A stretch of DNA of 64,000 nt, from positions 483,324 through 547,323 of the forward strand of contig JACPHO010000001.1 in NCBI GenBank assembly GCA_016188545.1, in the 5' to 3' direction. Source of the stretch: Candidatus Shapirobacteria bacterium. GTDB lineage: Bacteria > Patescibacteriota > Microgenomatia > UBA12405. The notes under the pieces are model-generated. The model was not told where the DNA came from and ran no database searches. It saw only the letters and a program-made list of their open reading frames with translations. Made by a program: the position numbers and the translations under genes. Shown one piece after another: positions 37,205 through 47,578 of the stretch (positions are counted from its first letter, which is position 1; every line of letters starts with the position of its first letter).

Positions 37205-38658
37205 AAAAAGTATTAGTATCGTTTGTTCTACTTTTTGGCCTCCTTCTTCGTCTTTACAAAGTCAACGAACCCATCGCCGACTGGCACTCCCACCGCCAAA
37301 CCGATACAGTAGCAGTTACTCAAATTTTCGCTAATCATGGTTTTGATTTTCTCCACCCCCAATACTTTGACATTTCCTCTACCCAGTCTGGTAAAGAAAA
37401 TCCACAAGGGTATCGTATGGTTGAAGCCCCCATCTACAACTCCCTATCTCTTTGGCTTTCCAATCTTACGGGTATAAACGTCACCCTCGCTTCCAGACTC
37501 ATATCCATCATCCTGTCACTTGGCAGTGGTCTTCTAATATTCTTAATTGTGCACAGGTTCACTTCCCAGTACTTGGCAGCTCTGTTTAGTCTAGCCCTTT
37601 TTATGTTCTTGCCATTTAATGTTTTCTATTCGCGAGTCACCCTTCCCGAACCAACTGCTGTGTTTTTCATGCTCCTTTCTCTTTACTTATTTTCTGATCA
37701 CCTATTATTTTCGGGGGTAGCTCTGGCTATATCACTTCTAGTCAAGCCATACACCGGCATTATTCTATTCCCCACTTTACTTACCATTATTTTGACGCAT
37801 AAATCCAAATATTTTACTCACAAGCATTTACTGAATTTGGTTATCTTTTCTCTTATTGCCCTAATCCCTTTTGCTCTATGGCGTGGGTGGATATCTCAGT
37901 TTCCTGAAGGTATTCCCAGTAGTAATTGGCTACTAAACAATGGCGTCACTACCACCTTTCCCGCTTGGTTCCACGGATATAATCTTAGTTTTCTAAATAA
38001 ACTAATCGCCTTTCGACCTCACTGGTGGCAGTGGTTATTTCAAGAAAGACTAAGTATACTTATCCTCGGTAACTTCGGAGTAATTCCCATTTTCTTAGGT
38101 CTAGCATATCAGAAAAAATTTTCTCAGCCGATAGCTCTTAGCCTAGTCGCCGGAATATTACTTTATTTCATTTTTATTGCACAAGGTAATATTCAACACG
38201 ATTACTATCAAACCCTAATCATTCCGTCTCTGGCGATTCTTGGTGGCATAGGCTACTTTTATATTTCACAATATATTTTTAGTTCTATTCCGCTTAGGGT
38301 AATTGTTATTGGCGCGCTATTTATATTCTCCAGTTATTTTTCTCTTTATAAGGTAAAAGACTACTACCGTATCAACAATCCGACTATTATCACTGCTGGT
38401 AATGACGCTCAAAAACTTCTTCCGGTAGACAGTCTTTTAATTGCCCCAAACAACGGCGACACCACCCTTCTCTATCACACAGGTTTTTTTGGATGGCCTA
38501 CTGAGATCTATGATATCGATACTAAGGTCAAAGAATTTTCACCCCGGCCGGTCTTTCTTCTATCTCTCAATTATGATAAATATACCAATGCATTGATTGC
38601 CAAATATCCCGTAGTAGTCAAAAATGATAGTTATATTATTCTAAAACTCTCTCCATGA
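37201..38658 (+). CDS. GT-C (PMT/ArnT-like) glycosyltransferase
   Basis: DWHSHRQTDT, E.PIY, P....YSR...PE, HDYYQ motifs; many TM helices. Confidence 0.8.
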   Translation: MKKVLVSFVLLFGLLLRLYKVNEPIADWHSHRQTDTVAVTQIFANHGFDFLHPQYFDISSTQSGKENPQGYRMVEAPIYNSLSLWLSNLTGINVTLASRLISIILSLGSGLLIFLIVHRFTSQYLAALFSLALFMFLPFNVFYSRVTLPEPTAVFFMLLSLYLFSDHLLFSGVALAISLLVKPYTGIILFPTLLTIILTHKSKYFTHKHLLNLVIFSLIALIPFALWRGWISQFPEGIPSSNWLLNNGVTTTFPAWFHGYNLSFLNKLIAFRPHWWQWLFQERLSILILGNFGVIPIFLGLAYQKKFSQPIALSLVAGILLYFIFIAQGNIQHDYYQTLIIPSLAILGGIGYFYISQYIFSSIPLRVIVIGALFIFSSYFSLYKVKDYYRINNPTIITAGNDAQKLLPVDSLLIAPNNGDTTLLYHTGFFGWPTEIYDIDTKVKEFSPRPVFLLSLNYDKYTNALIAKYPVVVKNDSYIILKLSP

Positions 38659-39869
38659 TCCGAAAAAAGCGAAATATCCTCGTGATCACTCCCTATATTC
38701 CCAGACTTAACCAAAGTGGTGGCCAACGTCATTCCTTTTTCACACTCAAATACTTATCTAAGACCAACAATATCACCCTTATCTGTTATAGCCGTAACGA
38801 TGAAGGTTTAAGCGATCTAAAACAATATTGTCAAAAAGTAATTCTAATCAAAAGAGGTCCTACTTGGAGTCTAAAAAACATCCTTATAACCGGGTTTAGC
38901 TGGTACCCATTTCTACTGGTCAATTACATAAATGCCGATCTAAAATCGGCCATTGAAAATGAAATTAACACCAAGAAATATGATGTTATTCACTGCGATT
39001 GTCTTTACCCAATTTTAAACATCCCTGAAGTAAAAATTCCTACCATTCTGGTTGACGTTACTATCGAGTACGCCATCTACGAACATTTTGTCCGTTCCCT
39101 TTCTGGCTGGAAAAAACTAGTAGCCCCACTACTTTGGATCGATGTCTTAAAACTAAAATACTGGGAAACCAGGTTTTGGAAACAGACTCATACAGTTATG
39201 ATGTTTAGCCAAGAAGATCGCGAGTTTGTCATCAAGGCTACCGGTCGCAAAGATATTCATGTCTTTGAAGACGGAGTCGATCCAGAACACTTTGACTTAC
39301 CCCAAAAGACACCTCGATCGAGTTATCCCTCGATTCTTTCCGGAGCTTCAAATATGAAGTGGATGCAAAACAGAGAATCAGCCGAAATTATTCTTCGTGA
39401 TTATTGGCCAAAAATCAAGGCAAAATACCCCACCGCCAAATTTTATATAGTCGGTCGTAACTCAGCCGACTTTTTTGGCCACCTCAACTCAAAAGATATT
39501 ATCGTCACCGAAGCAGATTCAGTTGGACCACACGATCTCCAGTACTATTATGAGCATTGTTGGCTTCTTCTCGCTCCCATGGGAAGCGGTGGAGGCACTC
39601 GTAACAAATTCCTCGAGGGGATGACTTTTAGAATCCCTGTTATAACCAATCCAGAAGGTGGCATGGGTAATATTAAAATAACCAATTACCAAGATGCTAT
39701 CGTCTGTGACAAAAAAGAAATTCTTAAAAATGTTTACAAATTATTCGACGATCATAAATATCGTCAACAAATGGGGGAGTCCGCTAGGAAATTGATAAAA
39801 ACAGATTATTCTTTTGAAACTAGTGTTAAAAAGCTCAACCAGATTTATGAAACCATTACCAAAAAATAA
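38655..39869 (+). CDS. Glycosyltransferase family 4
   Basis: P....SGG..., GVD, GSGGGTRNKFLEGM...PVIT. Confidence 0.88.
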   Translation: MIRKKRNILVITPYIPRLNQSGGQRHSFFTLKYLSKTNNITLICYSRNDEGLSDLKQYCQKVILIKRGPTWSLKNILITGFSWYPFLLVNYINADLKSAIENEINTKKYDVIHCDCLYPILNIPEVKIPTILVDVTIEYAIYEHFVRSLSGWKKLVAPLLWIDVLKLKYWETRFWKQTHTVMMFSQEDREFVIKATGRKDIHVFEDGVDPEHFDLPQKTPRSSYPSILSGASNMKWMQNRESAEIILRDYWPKIKAKYPTAKFYIVGRNSADFFGHLNSKDIIVTEADSVGPHDLQYYYEHCWLLLAPMGSGGGTRNKFLEGMTFRIPVITNPEGGMGNIKITNYQDAIVCDKKEILKNVYKLFDDHKYRQQMGESARKLIKTDYSFETSVKKLNQIYETITKK

Positions 39870-40791
39870 ACTACCAGTTTTATCTGTCATCATTCTCGAT
39901 TACAATGCTCTGACTTATCTTCAGAAATTGTTCGAATCGATATGCCGTTCCGTTTTAACCTCACAAATAGAAGTTATTTTGGTCGACAATGCCAGCGCTG
40001 ACAACTCACTGGAAATACTAAAAAAAACTAAGTACTCACATCCCAAAATTAACTTTAAATATCTCCAAAACGGCCACAATATTGGTTTTGCAGCAGGGAA
40101 TAATCGAGCAGTTGATATTACCGACCCAGCTTCCAAGTACATCCTTTTTCTAAACCCCGACACCTCAGTTGATCCAGATACTTTTCAAGGAATGATCGAT
40201 TATCTTGATAAACACCCCAAAATTGATACTGCCACTTGTCACGTAACTCTAGCGCTCACCGGACAACTCCAGCCAGAATGTCACCGTGGTTTTCCCACAC
40301 CTTGGAATTCGTTTTGTCATTTTTTCTTACCTTTTATGTCTCGACTTTTCCCTAAAGTAGCTATATTTAATGGCTACCTTCTCGGACATCAGGACTATTC
40401 CAAAGTCCAACCTATAGATTGCTGTGTTGGTGCTTTTTACATGCTTCGCCGACCAGTAGGTGATAAGATTGGTTGGTGGAATGAAAAGTATTTTATGTAT
40501 GGTGAAGATCTCGACATCTGTTATAAAGTCAAAAAAGCTGGATATAACTTATTCTTTATCCCGTTTTACAAAATAAACCATTACCAAGGCGTTTCCTCAG
40601 GTATAAAAAAAACCAAGTCAGCCGCTAGTCGCGAGACGCGTGTTCGTTCTACCAAAGCCACCACCAATGCTATGCGAGTTTTTTATCAGGAAAACCTCCT
40701 GGGCGACTATCCAGTATTTATGCACCCAACTATCAAGCTTGGAATCTCATTTTTAGAATTCTATCGGGTCTTTAAAGCCCGTTATTTATAA
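39847..40791 (+). CDS. Glycosyltransferase family 2
   Basis: VDNASAD, NIGFAAGNN, LFLNPD, YFMYGEDLD. Confidence 0.9.
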   Translation: MKPLPKNKLPVLSVIILDYNALTYLQKLFESICRSVLTSQIEVILVDNASADNSLEILKKTKYSHPKINFKYLQNGHNIGFAAGNNRAVDITDPASKYILFLNPDTSVDPDTFQGMIDYLDKHPKIDTATCHVTLALTGQLQPECHRGFPTPWNSFCHFFLPFMSRLFPKVAIFNGYLLGHQDYSKVQPIDCCVGAFYMLRRPVGDKIGWWNEKYFMYGEDLDICYKVKKAGYNLFFIPFYKINHYQGVSSGIKKTKSAASRETRVRSTKATTNAMRVFYQENLLGDYPVFMHPTIKLGISFLEFYRVFKARYL

Positions 40792-40792
40792 A

Positions 40793-41923
40793 ATGCCTTC
40801 AAAGAATCATCCTCACATCGTTATCGACGCTCGTCTCTACGGACCACGACATACCGGTCTGGGCAGATATACAAAAAACCTACTAATTGCTCTGACCAAT
40901 CTTCCCGAATTTGATCGTTACCGCTTTACTCTGATTATCTACCCCGAACTAAAGACGGAAATCAAAAAAGATTTGGGTAACAAATTTGAATACCATGTCA
41001 CCCATATTCGTCACTATACTTTTGCAGAACAATTTTTCCTACCAGCTATTCTCTGGTCACTTCAACCATCACTTGTTCATTTCACTCACCTTGATAAACC
41101 CATTCTCTACTTCGGAAAATCAGTAGTTACTGTCCATGATCTTATCCGCCACTTTAGTAAGGGCTCAGACACCACTACTCGTTCACCGCTCCTATACTGG
41201 CCAAAATATTGGGGATATTTGCTAATGTCATCTTTTATAATCAGATTCAATCACCTTATAGTTCCCAGTGACTTTTGGAGAAACTATATTATCGACTATT
41301 ACAAAGTCACTCCATCACGTATTGTGACTACACACGAAGCCGTTGACCCATCCATTATTGCCCCACGTCAAAAGTTATCAACGCCACCTCAGAATTATCT
41401 ACTTTATACCGGCAATCTTTATCCTCATAAAAACATAGAGATTGTTTTTAAGGCACTCCAAAAATTACCCTCACTCAAACTAAAAATTATTTGTGCCCGT
41501 GATGTCTTTCATGAAAGAGCAGTCAAACTTACATCCAAACTAGGGCTGACAAAGCAAGTTGAATTTCTGGGTTATGTTCCTGATGAAGAGTTTATAAACG
41601 TCTATCAAAAAGCCCTGGCTCTGGTCCACCCTGCATTTCTTGAAGGCTTTTCCTTGACTGGGTTGGAAGCCATGTCTCTAGGTACTCCGGTTATTGCCGC
41701 TAACAGTAGCTGCCTTCCGGAAATATACGAAAAGTCAGTACTCTACTTTGACCCCAAAGACCCAGACGAACTAGTCAAGACTATCAAGCGACTTCAAAAA
41801 AGTCCCACTCTACGAAAAAAACTAATTAGTCTTGGGTACAGTCAAGTTGCCAAATATTCTTGGACCAAGACATCAACCAAAACCTTGAGTTTTTATCACC
41901 AAATTCTGACTAGTCGCCAATGA
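40793..41923 (+). CDS. Glycosyltransferase family 4
   Basis: IDAR.YG..HTGLGRY, TVHDL, GN.YPHKN, EGFSLTGLEAM. Confidence 0.92.
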   Translation: MPSKNHPHIVIDARLYGPRHTGLGRYTKNLLIALTNLPEFDRYRFTLIIYPELKTEIKKDLGNKFEYHVTHIRHYTFAEQFFLPAILWSLQPSLVHFTHLDKPILYFGKSVVTVHDLIRHFSKGSDTTTRSPLLYWPKYWGYLLMSSFIIRFNHLIVPSDFWRNYIIDYYKVTPSRIVTTHEAVDPSIIAPRQKLSTPPQNYLLYTGNLYPHKNIEIVFKALQKLPSLKLKIICARDVFHERAVKLTSKLGLTKQVEFLGYVPDEEFINVYQKALALVHPAFLEGFSLTGLEAMSLGTPVIAANSSCLPEIYEKSVLYFDPKDPDELVKTIKRLQKSPTLRKKLISLGYSQVAKYSWTKTSTKTLSFYHQILTSRQ

Positions 41924-41982
41924 CCGACATTCTACAACTGGTTAAATAAAAAATATAATATGACTTATTATTCTTTTTAACA

Positions 41983-43068
41983 TTGAACAAATTAAAAATT
42001 GCTATTTTTTATGATTGGTTAAATAACTGGGGAGGTGCCGAGCGTGTCCTTTTAAATCTATTAACTCTTTATCCACAAGCCGAAATATATACTCTAGTTC
42101 ACGATCCCAAGAAAACATCATGGCTACCGAGTCATTTTAAAATTCACACATCATTTTTAAACAAACTGCCCTTTTCTAAAACAAATCCAATTTTTTACAC
42201 ACCTCTATACAACTTTGCCATCGAACAATTTGATTTTTCATCATACGATATTGTCATCTCCACTACCACTACAGTCGGCCATGGCCTACTAACTTCTCCT
42301 CAGACTTTGTTTGTTTGTTACTTTCATAATATAAACCGTTATGTCTACTACACACCCGGAGTTTACCAACTCCTCATCCCACTTTTGGCTTTATATAAAA
42401 AAATTGATCAAGTCCTAATTCGTCGCCCAGATGCCTATTTTTGCAACTCTCAAACAGTCGCAAAAAGGCTCCAAAAGGCTTACGGTATCAATCCAATCAT
42501 CATCAATCCTGGCATCAATCTATCCCACTTTACCACTCCCTTGGTTAAGTCAAATTCAGAATCTTATTTTCTAATTGTCGGCCGCCAAGTACCCCATAAA
42601 AAAATTGATATCGCCATCAAGTGTTTTGAAAATAATCCGTCATTGAAACTTATCATCGCAGGTTCCGGACGTGATCATTCCCGACTGACAAAGCTAGCTT
42701 TGCGTTGTCGAAACATTCAATTTATAGACCAACCGTCAGACCAGGAACTCTTGAATTTGTATCAAAACGCTTCGGCCTTAATTTGTCCCCAATATGAAGA
42801 TTATGGTCTTACTCCTATCGAGGCTCAGGCCTGTGGCACACCTGTAATCGCTTACGGGAGGGGAGGCAATCTTGAAACAACTATTAAAAATAAAACCGCT
42901 GTCTATTTTTACCACCAAACCCCAGTATCGCTCCAAATTGCTATTAAAAAATTTCAACAAAAACGATTTGATCCCTTTGTCTGTCAACAGAACACACTTA
43001 GGTTCACCGATAATACATTTATGCTAAACTTTAGCGACCAACTACAAAAACTATGGACAAAAAAATGA
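41983..43068 (+). CDS. Glycosyltransferase family 4 (WbaZ-like mannosyltransferase)
   Basis: DWL..WGGAERVL, EDYGLTPIEAQACGTPVIAYG.GG; TTG start uncertain. Confidence 0.88.
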   Translation: MNKLKIAIFYDWLNNWGGAERVLLNLLTLYPQAEIYTLVHDPKKTSWLPSHFKIHTSFLNKLPFSKTNPIFYTPLYNFAIEQFDFSSYDIVISTTTTVGHGLLTSPQTLFVCYFHNINRYVYYTPGVYQLLIPLLALYKKIDQVLIRRPDAYFCNSQTVAKRLQKAYGINPIIINPGINLSHFTTPLVKSNSESYFLIVGRQVPHKKIDIAIKCFENNPSLKLIIAGSGRDHSRLTKLALRCRNIQFIDQPSDQELLNLYQNASALICPQYEDYGLTPIEAQACGTPVIAYGRGGNLETTIKNKTAVYFYHQTPVSLQIAIKKFQQKRFDPFVCQQNTLRFTDNTFMLNFSDQLQKLWTKK

Positions 43069-44150
43069 ACCATTACATTCTGATTATGTGTGGTGGTAGT
43101 GGCCCCAGGCTTTGGCCTCTCTCCCGCGCTACCCGTCCCAAACAATTCCTCCAACTTTTCGGTGATAACTCACTTATTAAAGATACCTACAACCGTTTTA
43201 AGAAATTTATTCCTGTCAAAAATATTTTTTTTATAAGTCATCAAAAATACCTCGAAGAACTCAAGCAAGAGTTTGGCAAGTCAGTCCCTAGTCAAAACTA
43301 TATTTCCGAGCCAGAGAAAAAGAATACTGCGATGGCAATACTTTATGGGACCACAATAATAAAAAAGCTCAATCCCAACGCAGTCATCTCAGCAGTACCC
43401 TCTGACCACTTCATTAAACAGGGGAGTAACTTTCAAAAAGACCTAAGTAAAGCAGCTAAAATCGCCACTGACACCGACAATATTGTCACTATCGGCATCC
43501 ACCCCACATATCCCAATCCTGGATTTGGTTATATTTTACATGGCTCCGGTAAAACCGAACTTCAAACAGTCAATCGTTTTGTCGAAAAACCATCTGTTAT
43601 AGATGCGCAGATTCTTATCCGCAAAGATGCTTTTTGGAATTCTGGTATGTACACTTTTAGACCAGATGTACTTATCCAGGAACTACACACTCACTCACCA
43701 GAATACCGACCGATTATTGATGCCCTAAACATTTCTACTTCAGTCGTTACCGCCCGAAAAATTTACAAACTCTCACCCACATTAGCTATCGACAAGGCAG
43801 TCTCAGAAAAGACCAAAAACCTAGTCATCTTCAAAGCATCTTTTGACTGGAGCGATGTTGGCGAGTGGAATGCCATCTGGCAACATCTCCAACCCCAACC
43901 AGAAGGCTTAAGCCTTCTAAACAATCAAGGAAATTATGTGTCAGTAAATAGTAAAAACTGCCTTGTCTACGGCGACAAGAAGAAATTAACGGGACTAGTT
44001 GGACTAAATAATTTAGCAATCATTGATACCCCGGACAGCCTGTTAGTTTGTAACCTCCATGATAGTTTTTCGGTACGTGAACTGGTTAAAAAAATTGTCG
44101 AGGACCCTAAGTTAAAAAAATATTTTTTGACAAATTATGACCGCAAATAA
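43065..44150 (+). CDS. manC: Mannose-1-phosphate guanylyltransferase
   Basis: GGSGPRLWPLSR...PKQFL, EP.KKNTA, PSDH, FVEKP, WNSG, WSDVG.W; ATGA overlap with the upstream gene. Confidence 0.92.
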   Translation: MNHYILIMCGGSGPRLWPLSRATRPKQFLQLFGDNSLIKDTYNRFKKFIPVKNIFFISHQKYLEELKQEFGKSVPSQNYISEPEKKNTAMAILYGTTIIKKLNPNAVISAVPSDHFIKQGSNFQKDLSKAAKIATDTDNIVTIGIHPTYPNPGFGYILHGSGKTELQTVNRFVEKPSVIDAQILIRKDAFWNSGMYTFRPDVLIQELHTHSPEYRPIIDALNISTSVVTARKIYKLSPTLAIDKAVSEKTKNLVIFKASFDWSDVGEWNAIWQHLQPQPEGLSLLNNQGNYVSVNSKNCLVYGDKKKLTGLVGLNNLAIIDTPDSLLVCNLHDSFSVRELVKKIVEDPKLKKYFLTNYDRK

Positions 44151-44823
44151 TCCCCAAAAACCATTCTATAAGACGAGAATATTTCTTTTTAACGTCGCCA
44201 AGAGAACCATCGACATTATCTCTTCCATCCTAGTACTCACTTTACTGTCTCCTATACTAATTGTCGTGGGAATACTTATTCGACTTACTTCAGAAGGGCC
44301 AGCACTACTTCGTCAAAGACGAGTCGGCAACAATGGTGAATTTATAATGTACAAATTCCGATCCATGTACAACGGCTCCAAATATAAAAATGATATGGAC
44401 GCTTTTCTAAGAGACAACTATCCCGTACTTTGGGAACAATATATCCGTGACGACTGGAAACTACCAATCAATATTGATCCACGGATTACACCTATCGGTA
44501 AGTTTATCCGTAAAACATCAATAGATGAAATGGCCCAATTCATCAATGTTCTAAAAGGCGAAATGAGCTTAGTCGGCCCCCGAGCTTACCGCAAAGAAGA
44601 ACTCGAACAATATGAGAAAAAATATCCAAATGCCAAAGCAAATATTGCCATAATTCGTACTGCCAAACCAGGCATAACTGGCCTCTGGCAAACGTCAGGT
44701 CGCAACGACATGAGCTTCGAACAACGAGCCCAACTCGATGCCAACTACATTAAGAATCGATCCATGCGACAGGAGATATTCATCATCTTCAAAACTCCCT
44801 TTAAAATGATCTCCAGCTGGTAA
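44137..44823 (+). CDS. Priming phosphoglycosyltransferase (Bac_transf; WcaJ/WbaP catalytic domain)
   Basis: KR..DI, YKFRSM, DPRIT.IGKFIRKTSIDE, GEMSLVGPR, KPGITGLWQ.SGRN. Confidence 0.93.
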   Translation: MTANNPQKPFYKTRIFLFNVAKRTIDIISSILVLTLLSPILIVVGILIRLTSEGPALLRQRRVGNNGEFIMYKFRSMYNGSKYKNDMDAFLRDNYPVLWEQYIRDDWKLPINIDPRITPIGKFIRKTSIDEMAQFINVLKGEMSLVGPRAYRKEELEQYEKKYPNAKANIAIIRTAKPGITGLWQTSGRNDMSFEQRAQLDANYIKNRSMRQEIFIIFKTPFKMISSW

Positions 44824-44851
44824 AATCCTCTTTTTTTCTATAAACTAGACT

Positions 44852-46852
44852 ATGACTGATATTCCTCCCATCATTAAAAGCAGTGCTCCGGAAGCTAGAA
44901 TCCCAGCAACTACATCTACTGCTACACCTTATAGTTCACCATTGGACATGTCAAAGAATACCAAAAAAACGAACAAAGCTCTGAAGATTTTCATATCTGT
45001 CCTTTCTGTTCTTTTAATAGTGATCACCATAGCCGGTACTGCCGGGTTCTTTTTAGTTTATGTTCCTGGTAAAAAACTTTATTCCCAAGCCATGGACCTC
45101 AAAGAGGATGCCAAATTACTCCAAGATGCCGTAGCCCAAAAAGATTTAAAGAAAACCCAAACCGAAATCGACAATCTCAAAAACAAAATCAAATTACTCG
45201 ATGTTTCACTTAGTCGTTTTGCCTATCTTTCCGCTATTACTCGTGCCAAAGATTATTACGCCGATGCCAAGCGAATGATCTCAGTTAGCCTTGAAGGCCT
45301 TGATACTGGTACAGTACTTATTCAAACCATTGAGCCATACCAAGACTTTTTAGGTCTCAAAGGAACAGCCACTAGCAGTGCCAAAACCACCGAAGACCGG
45401 ATAACATTTCTGACCAACTCAATTGAAAGTTTGGTACCACATCTTGATACTATCGACAAGAAAATATCAAACATCACCACTACTTTAGAAGAAATTGATA
45501 TCAACCGCTATCCTACTGAGTACCAAGGAATTGCTATTCATGACAAGTTCAATCAGTTAACATCCACCTTAGAGCTAGTTAAAAAATATTTGGACAACGG
45601 AAAACCAATTCTTTCCAAGACCTCATGGCTCTTAGGTAAAGACAAGCCTCGTAGTTACTTAGTTATCTTCCAAAATGAGGGGGAGCTCCGACCTAGCGGT
45701 GGATTTTGGACTGCATACGCGACCATTAAAATGGACAAGGGTAAGGTTGTCCCAGGTCCAGCCAGTAACATCTACGATCTTGATGACAAGCTCCAATCTG
45801 TAGTCCCAGCCCCTCGTCTAATCAAGTCTTATCATATCAACGTACCTTACCTTAACCTTCGCGATAGCAACCTTTCCCCTGATTTTCCAGTCGATGCCAA
45901 GATATTCTTAGAGACGTACTACAAAACAATGGGTAAAAAGGACACCTTCGATGCTGTCGTCGCCCTTGACACCAATGTCTTAGTCGACCTAGTCAGTGTA
46001 CTTGGAAAACTTGATACTCGTGTCGGTACATTTACCACCGAACCTGATAAGCGTTGTGACGGCTGTCCTAAGATTATCTATGACCTTGAGTGGATTTCCG
46101 GAAGACCCCGTAACTATATCGAGAAAAACCGAAAAGACTTCTTAGCACCACTGATGCAAGCCTTACTTAGCAATGCGCTAGGTTCTGAGAAAACTAAAAT
46201 CCCACTTCTAGGCGAAGCATTTTTCAATAATGTCAATGAAAAACACATCCTCTTCTACTTCCCAGATGAAGAACTCCAAAAGTCAGCCTCTCTCATCAAT
46301 ATCACTGGTAATATCACTCAAAGTGATGCCAACACAGATTATTTCCATCTGAACGATGCCAACTTTGCCTCTGCTAAAAGTAATATTTTTATCAGACAGA
46401 AAATAAAACATGAGATTACTGTCACTGGTGACAAAGTCGAACACAAAGTAACTACGACTTACACCAACCCTAGCGCTGGCTCAAACTGCAATCTTGAAAA
46501 AGGTGACTTATGTCTTAACGCTCCCAAGTACCGCGACCTCTTCCGTTTCTATGTACCCAAAGGTAGTGAGCTGATTAAGATGACCGGATCTGAAGTGGAA
46601 CCACTAGTCTACGAAGAACTTGGCAAAACAGTCTTTGAAGGCTTTTATGGAGACAAATATCCTCTCTATGCCAAGTCGAGTAGCAAGACGACAGTAAACT
46701 ACAAAAGTAGTGTCAAGATGTCACCTAGTTACAGTCTATTGCTCCAAAAACAACCAGGCACAAAACCCATCGACTATGAAGTCTGGGTCAACGGCAAACA
46801 AAAGGATACTTTTGTGTGGAACAGTGACAAGACACTCAAAATTACTCCCTAA
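44852..46852 (+). CDS. DUF4012 domain membrane-anchored protein
   Basis: TM anchor, helical stalk, YLV.FQN.GELRPSGGF, RDSN.SPDFP, QKQPG. Confidence 0.85.
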   Translation: MTDIPPIIKSSAPEARIPATTSTATPYSSPLDMSKNTKKTNKALKIFISVLSVLLIVITIAGTAGFFLVYVPGKKLYSQAMDLKEDAKLLQDAVAQKDLKKTQTEIDNLKNKIKLLDVSLSRFAYLSAITRAKDYYADAKRMISVSLEGLDTGTVLIQTIEPYQDFLGLKGTATSSAKTTEDRITFLTNSIESLVPHLDTIDKKISNITTTLEEIDINRYPTEYQGIAIHDKFNQLTSTLELVKKYLDNGKPILSKTSWLLGKDKPRSYLVIFQNEGELRPSGGFWTAYATIKMDKGKVVPGPASNIYDLDDKLQSVVPAPRLIKSYHINVPYLNLRDSNLSPDFPVDAKIFLETYYKTMGKKDTFDAVVALDTNVLVDLVSVLGKLDTRVGTFTTEPDKRCDGCPKIIYDLEWISGRPRNYIEKNRKDFLAPLMQALLSNALGSEKTKIPLLGEAFFNNVNEKHILFYFPDEELQKSASLINITGNITQSDANTDYFHLNDANFASAKSNIFIRQKIKHEITVTGDKVEHKVTTTYTNPSAGSNCNLEKGDLCLNAPKYRDLFRFYVPKGSELIKMTGSEVEPLVYEELGKTVFEGFYGDKYPLYAKSSSKTTVNYKSSVKMSPSYSLLLQKQPGTKPIDYEVWVNGKQKDTFVWNSDKTLKITP

Positions 46853-47412
46853 TGCCTCGCTATCTCACTACCAAGGCCATAGTAGTTAACCACCGACGGT
46901 CACTTGAGTCAGATGAAGTCATTACTCTTTTAACCGAATCTCTGGGAAAAGTGGTGGTGAATGCCAAAGGTGTTAAGTCCAATAAAAGCCATCGGCAGGG
47001 GAGTCTAGAACTAGGGAACCTTATTAAAACTCAACTGTATGAAAAAAACGACCGCTATTGGCTCGCCGATACTGTCGTTTTAAAACACACCCTTTTGTTG
47101 ACCAAAAGTCTGACTCAACTGAATTTGATTTTTTATTTTTTAGAAATAACCAATCATTTTATTGCCGAAAATCAGCACCTTGATAATGTCTTTTCTATAA
47201 CCTGCGCTCTACTCGAGTCAGTCAACAAAAACGATTTTGCAACACTAATTCGACATGAGATCCAGCTTTTGGAAGCATTAGGTTTTGGCGTCCCAGAACC
47301 AATTACTCTTAGCTATCAAAAACAGGACTATCCTGAAAGTCAAAAACAAATTAAATTATTTTTAGAATCGATCATCGAGCGACCGCTTCACAGTAGCAAG
47401 CTCTTTAAATAA
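46852..47412 (+). CDS. recO: DNA repair protein RecO (short form)
   Basis: E.D..ITLLTE..GK....AKGV N-terminal OB fold; LL.ALGFG. Confidence 0.85.
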   Translation: MPRYLTTKAIVVNHRRSLESDEVITLLTESLGKVVVNAKGVKSNKSHRQGSLELGNLIKTQLYEKNDRYWLADTVVLKHTLLLTKSLTQLNLIFYFLEITNHFIAENQHLDNVFSITCALLESVNKNDFATLIRHEIQLLEALGFGVPEPITLSYQKQDYPESQKQIKLFLESIIERPLHSSKLFK

Positions 47413-47429
47413 GCACTCCTTTCGAGTTC

Positions 47430-47438
47430 TGCTATAAT
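47430..47438 (+). promoter_or_regulatory. Extended -10 promoter (TGnTATAAT) for the glyQS leader
   Basis: TGC TATAAT about 10 nt upstream of the first leader hairpin. Confidence 0.65.
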
Positions 47439-47444
47439 TCAATA

Positions 47445-47578
47445 TCAAAGTAGGGGATTGGCTCCCTATTTAACAACCAAGATTAAGTGGTTCAGTGAAT
47501 ACTGAACAATTAGGGTGGAACCCCTCCGAAAGCTTTCGGAGGCCCTAAATTATATTTATCATTTATAATTTAGGCACT
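47445..47578 (+). ncRNA. Glycine T-box riboswitch, ultrashort Stem I, probably translational
   Basis: Stem I 47448-47471 with loop AUUGGC (GGC = Gly); Stem III GTTCAGT-GAAT-ACTGAAC; T-box AATTAGGG-TGGAACC-CCTCCGAA/TTCGGAGG-CCCTA; alternative 11-bp hairpin 47544-47574 just before the ATG, with no U-tract. Confidence 0.85.

Noticed and set aside
41920-41980. Tiny ORFs MTDILQLVK and MTYYSF between two GT4 genes
   Set aside because: Too short and without recognisable motifs; may be chance or a deletion scar.
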